In this document: piece after piece, positions 33,601 to 37,901 of the stretch
How the letters are laid out: every line of letters starts with the position of its first letter
Position numbering within the stretch: position 1 is the first letter of the stretch
Origin: Octopus bimaculoides
Taxonomy: Eukaryota
Direction of reading: 5' to 3'
DNA: 37,901 bases
Assembly: GCF_001194135.2 (NCBI RefSeq)
Contig: NC_068996.1
Coordinates: forward strand, 24,991,149 to 25,029,049
Program-made: the position numbers and the translations under genes
The notes under the pieces: model-generated
The model's input: the letters and a program-made list of their open reading frames with translations, nothing else
Databases searched by the model: none
What the model was told of the DNA's origin: nothing

Positions 33601-36359
33601 TATCCCATCCTAAAATTGATTTTTCAAGACAACCCTATCTCTCCTTGGTCTAAGATGCAGCTTGATTTGAGCTGTTGTATTCTTTGGGTACAACAGGTAC
33701 AAACATGGCCATGTGGATTCAGATTTGCTTTGTTACCACATGGACTTGCTTTCTATCTCACTCCATGACATTTTGAGCCACTGTCTTCTACCGTAGCTTC
33801 AGGTTGATTTGTGCTTTTTGAATGAAATTGGTTGACAGAAACAGCAATGAAGTCTCACACACCCACAAATAGATGTAGGTGTATATGGATGTGTGTGTGT
33901 GTGTGTTCTGCACTTTCTCATGAAAGTGTTGAACTACAAATGGTGTAGTTTAACATTCTCCATCTGCAAATTGTTCACTAACCCTGTACTTCTGAAGGCA
34001 GTTGAATTGTTTTTCTTTTAAATTTCTTACTTGAAAAATGGGTAAGGGTTAGCAGCCAAACAATAGCTCAGTAAGGAATTTAACAAACCGAGCCCTGTTG
34101 CCCTATTTTTACTCACTTTGCTGACACTAGTCCTCATTCCTTCCTTGTTCACTAGATCTAAACTAGAAATTCTTTAACTGGGTTAACCTCAGTAATGGTG
34201 TCTTGTTCTTTAGCATTTCAACAATTGATACATAACAATTGGGGCATTGTAGTTATATGTAATGAATGTTATATACAGACATGCTTGTATGTGTATATAC
34301 TTTCCTGTGTATATGTATACTTACATAAGCACAAAGCAGTATTCTTATGACTATATATGTGTATGTACTTATGTAGGGTGTGCCTGGCAATTGAGAACAA
34401 ACCAAATTTAAAAAAACAAATAAGAAAACATATTCTTGGAAACACACACACACACATGTTAGACACATCAACAAAATGTAGGGCATTCAACAAATCTGTT
34501 TGGCCTTAATGATGGCCCCTGTTCATTTTATGTTCATGACAGCAGACTCTAATGAGTCTTTGGCACTGAGGACCACTGCCTCTTTAATGACACCCAGGTG
34601 CAGTAGTCCAAGGAATTCAAATTAGAGAAGCTAGGAGGGGGGCATTTTAGGAATTAAATGATTGTGGTAGTGAAAATCCTTGGCTGGCCAATCCTGTTGT
34701 CACGAGATCCATATGAGAAAGAGCAAAGTCTCTCTGAGACATGCATACTTTTGAACCCACCTCAGCCCACCTTCTCAATCCAGGGCTTAGCTACTGAATC
34801 TAGTACAGCTTGTGACATCCAGTTCAGGTGGTGGGATAATGGCTGTTATAATGAAAAATAGAGATGTATGCAGTGGTGTCAAAAAAGAACACTGATACTT
34901 GGAAAGGTCAATGACTATAACAACTACAACAAAATAACATTTATTTGTAGGAGTGGAATTAAAGGAAGGAAAACTCCCCACCAAAGCTGGAATTTTTTAG
35001 TGAGACGTGAGGTCTGAGGTATTGATTGTATAAGCAAACAACTGTAGATTAATTGAGTGGGAAGTGTTGTAGTTTTTATTTCATTTAAAAAAAGTTTTTA
35101 ACCTTCCTTAGTCATAGAGAAAAGGACAGCATTTGTGATCCTTTTAATTTTTTTTTTTTTAAGGGATTCCAACAGGTAGAAGGAAAGAAGTTATCTTAGA
35201 TCAGGTATCTTGTTTGAATGCTTGTATAGAGTAAACTCTGTTAACTGCAACCACAGAACATTAACTCTTTTGGTATTAATCCTCCTAGGATTACCCCTTG
35301 TTCTATGAAATAAAATTCTTTTTTTAACATGATCTGGATTGAAACAAGCAAAGTGGCTAGTTAGAAAATCTCAGTAAAACGTGAAAGTAGTAAGTATACT
35401 GAGAAGTAATGTTTATCACCACTTCAATATGGCTGTTTGATGATACTACCATTTTTAACCCCAGGAAGAGCCTCCTCCAGCTGGTTAGTGATGCAATCTG
35501 CACCTGGTGTATATTGCAAGCAGGGAATCAAACCCCTACTGTCTTCTAGCAGATGACAGAATCACCAGAACAAATGGTTTTGGGCTATTTGTGCCTATTG
35601 TCAGTGAATGGAATTGAAACCTTCCATCAAAATAATGATAGTTATTTTAATAAACTCTTCATTATATACAAAATCAATTAAAAAATGAAAAAAAGCAATG
35701 TGTTCCCTCAGAAATATAGTAACAGAAAGGTCGATGATATCAAGCTCAAGAGTGTCAAAGGGCCTGCAAAGGTCTTGGTCACTGTAACCATTCCTCCAGA
35801 CACAGCAAGTTAGAAAAAAAATATGGAGCCATGTAATGGTGTGAAACTGGACACAAGAACACAGAATGCAAGGCGTCTCATATGACACTATGGACTGGTA
35901 CCATATTTTTGTCTACTCTGAAGGGATAGAAGACAATGTAGATTTTGGTAGGGATTGAACCCAGTGCAGAAAGGAGTCGCAACAAATTTTGTTCAATTTG
36001 TTTTTTTGTTTTTTTTAATGTTTGCATAGTTTATTGAGGCATTAAATTACCATATGTATTGTAGTAAATGTATACATACTGTTGAAAGGCATGATGATGT
36101 ACTTTTTTTCTGAGATAAAAACTCTTCATAGATATGTTGTGTTAGAAGTATAATGTATATTGAATTAAGGTGAGCATCATATCAGCTATGACTCATGAGA
36201 GTGACATGTTTTGCCTTATTTGGGAGCTTGTCAATGTTATGCATCCATTTGTCACTTCTTGGGGTGAAATTTGTACTTCAGTATACAGTAATCATTCGCC
36301 ATATTGCAGTTCACCTATTGCGCCCTCAATACGTTGCAGATATTTCTGGTTAATATATG

Positions 36360-36628
36360 TGTGGTGTTATGGGCTGTGACTAGCTATGTGTTGAGGTGGA
36401 GAGGGGTGAGGCAAACAGAGGTGAAGCCAGACCGGAAGGGTCAGATCGGAAGTCGGCGACACGCGGTCGAAGACTAGCACGTAGGACCAGTGAGAAAACA
36501 GTGACGTTACAAGAAAGACTTGTTCTGATTAGGAGCGATCGTGTACCCCTCTGCGGTCGGCAAAGTAAGGTCCAACGCTTCATTCTGTCCTTTTGCTTCT
36601 TGTTGTCTTCTTCCTCCATCGCACCACA
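36360..36628 (+). mobile_element. 5' LTR (269 bp) of a Ty3/Gypsy retrotransposon
   Basis: TG...CA ends with terminal inverted repeats TGTGGTG / CACCACA (11/13 when extended), a sharp rise in GC content, and gag 35 bp downstream. The 3' LTR lies outside the window, so LTR identity and TSD cannot be checked. Confidence 0.75.
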
Positions 36629-36663
36629 AGCTATTTTGGCCCATAAGAAGAAAAAAAAAAATT

Positions 36664-37458
36664 ATGAGTGTAGTCAGGATTGCTAGTGACATAATTAAGC
36701 CGTTTTGCGGCGACACGGATGTAGTCGCATGGCTAAAGAAGATGAAGCTAGTCACGAAGCTCCAGGGAATATGCGACTTGGCAAGTTTTCTACCGCTCTA
36801 CTTAGATGGTCCAGCGTTGGCGCTATTTTTAGAGATGGAAGAGAGGGACCAAGTTAGCGCGGAGAAGATAGAAATCCGCTTGATGGAGGCCTTCGCAGAA
36901 GGGATGTTCGAGGCGTACGCTCACCTGGGGAGAGCGAGGTGGACCGTCGAACAGGTTGACGTGTTTGCCAACGAACTTAGGAGGTTGGCTAGACTGGCGG
37001 GGTACGAGGGAGAATCACTGGATCAAACGGTAAAGTTGGCGTTTGTGACTGGGTCTCCTGACCACCTGTCGGTCGAATTGCAGAAACTGCCGGACGTAAG
37101 TACCATGCCCATGGCGGATATAATATCGAGAGCTCGTATGTTAGTTTCCTGTTGTAGGTCGTCACCACTGGTAGCAGTGGCGACAGCAAAAGGTGGCCGG
37201 CCAAGGAGTGGCGGAGAGGGGTCAAACAAGGAACGTGCGCGTCCGTTCAAAGGTCAGTGTTTCCGGTGTCAGGGCCCGCACATGGTGCGAGACTGTAAGT
37301 TACCTAAGACTGATGTCATCTGCTACCGTTGTCGTGAAACAGGGCATATAGCCACCAAATGTCTGCAGGGAAACGGTCTAAGGGAGACTACTGCGCCAGC
37401 GGTCTCCCTTTCAGATCATTCATGGTGCAAATTTTTCTACCCGTTGTTGATGTGCTAG
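36664..37458 (+). CDS. gag: Ty3/Gypsy gag (264 codons to TAG) with two zinc knuckles
   Basis: Likely start MSVVRIASDIIKPFCGD at 36664. Knuckles CFRCQGPHMVRDC (37258-37296) and CYRCRETGHIATKC (37321-37362). Confidence 0.92.
   Translation: MSVVRIASDIIKPFCGDTDVVAWLKKMKLVTKLQGICDLASFLPLYLDGPALALFLEMEERDQVSAEKIEIRLMEAFAEGMFEAYAHLGRARWTVEQVDVFANELRRLARLAGYEGESLDQTVKLAFVTGSPDHLSVELQKLPDVSTMPMADIISRARMLVSCCRSSPLVAVATAKGGRPRSGGEGSNKERARPFKGQCFRCQGPHMVRDCKLPKTDVICYRCRETGHIATKCLQGNGLRETTAPAVSLSDHSWCKFFYPLLMC
37368..37429 (+). promoter_or_regulatory. Predicted -1 programmed ribosomal frameshift signal (G_GGA_AAC plus stem-loop/pseudoknot)
   Basis: The heptamer is in correct phase with gag, followed by a 5-nt spacer and a 9-bp stem AAGGGAGAC/GTCTCCCTT. 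The -1 frame is open into the protease. Confidence 0.8.
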
Positions 37459-37901
37459 TGGATGGGAAGATGTTGCGTGCCCTTGTGGACACGGGCTGTA
37501 CAACGACCCTGATGACTCCGGGAGTGGTAGACGTGGAGTGTAGAAAGCAGTGTGAGGGCAGTCGACGGAAGAGAGGTACACTGTGAAGGCATTACTGACA
37601 TGCAGATTGAGGTGCAGGGAGCAAAGCTAACGCTGCAAGCAATTGTAGTTGGGCGCTTGGTGGATGAGATTGATGTGGTGTTGGGGATGGAAACCATCAA
37701 CCGTCTTGGTGGCGTTAGGATTGCAGGAGATGAGGTCACGTTCGGAAGCGTGGGGGCGTCGTGCGCCGTGAGTGGGGACCGCCAGGGAGAGCAGAGCCCC
37801 GTCGAGGACAGCGCCGCTTACACCATCGAAGACAAAGATTTTCAGGCGGCGTTTGATGGTCGGAGGTGGACGATAGAGTGGCGATGGAAGGACGAGCCCC
37901 C
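37368..37901 (+). pseudogene. pol: 5' part of pol: aspartic protease and spacer, broken by a frameshift near 37530 and truncated by the window end
   Basis: The -1 frame reads ..LPVVDVLVDGKMLRALVDTGCTTTLM (catalytic DTG at 37488-37496). Homology continues one frame over from 37531 (TWSVESSVRAVDGREVHCEG..IDVVLGMETINRLGGV..FQAAFDGRRWTIEWRWKDEP), open to the end. Confidence 0.88.

Noticed and set aside
35601-35888. Minus-strand ORF with CRPFDTLELDIIDLS, vaguely like an integrase first strand
   Set aside because: The resemblance is short, no other DDE motifs follow, and the rest is AT-rich low-information sequence.
36541-36663. N-terminal extension of the 305-aa ORF (GTG start)
   Set aside because: It lies within the LTR and PBS region; the ATG at 36664 is the plausible gag start.

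Overview
AT-rich (apart from the last ~1.5 kb) eukaryotic genomic DNA, dense in transposons and microsatellites, with several N gaps. The repeat repertoire looks like an octopus/cephalopod scaffold; this is recognition from memory, not a database result. The only host coding sequence I can support is two phase-compatible exons (26374-26506, 30813 into a gap) of an HSL-family (HGGG-type) alpha/beta hydrolase on the + strand. The rest is mobile DNA: tRNA-derived SINEs, RTE- and CR1/L2-like LINE remnants, two Helitron fragments, hAT- and piggyBac-type MITEs with target-site duplications, a probable Penelope-like ORF fragment, a 16/17-bp minisatellite with a directional variant gradient, and an intron-containing tRNA-Tyr pseudogene. 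The window ends in the 5' part of a Ty3/Gypsy LTR retrotransposon (LTR, gag, protease). The best finds are an in-phase G_GGA_AAC slippery site plus a predicted H-type pseudoknot at the gag-pol junction, and three foldback/palindrome structures, each carrying a decayed hammerhead-like motif. I found no clearly new biological system; these leads need testing.
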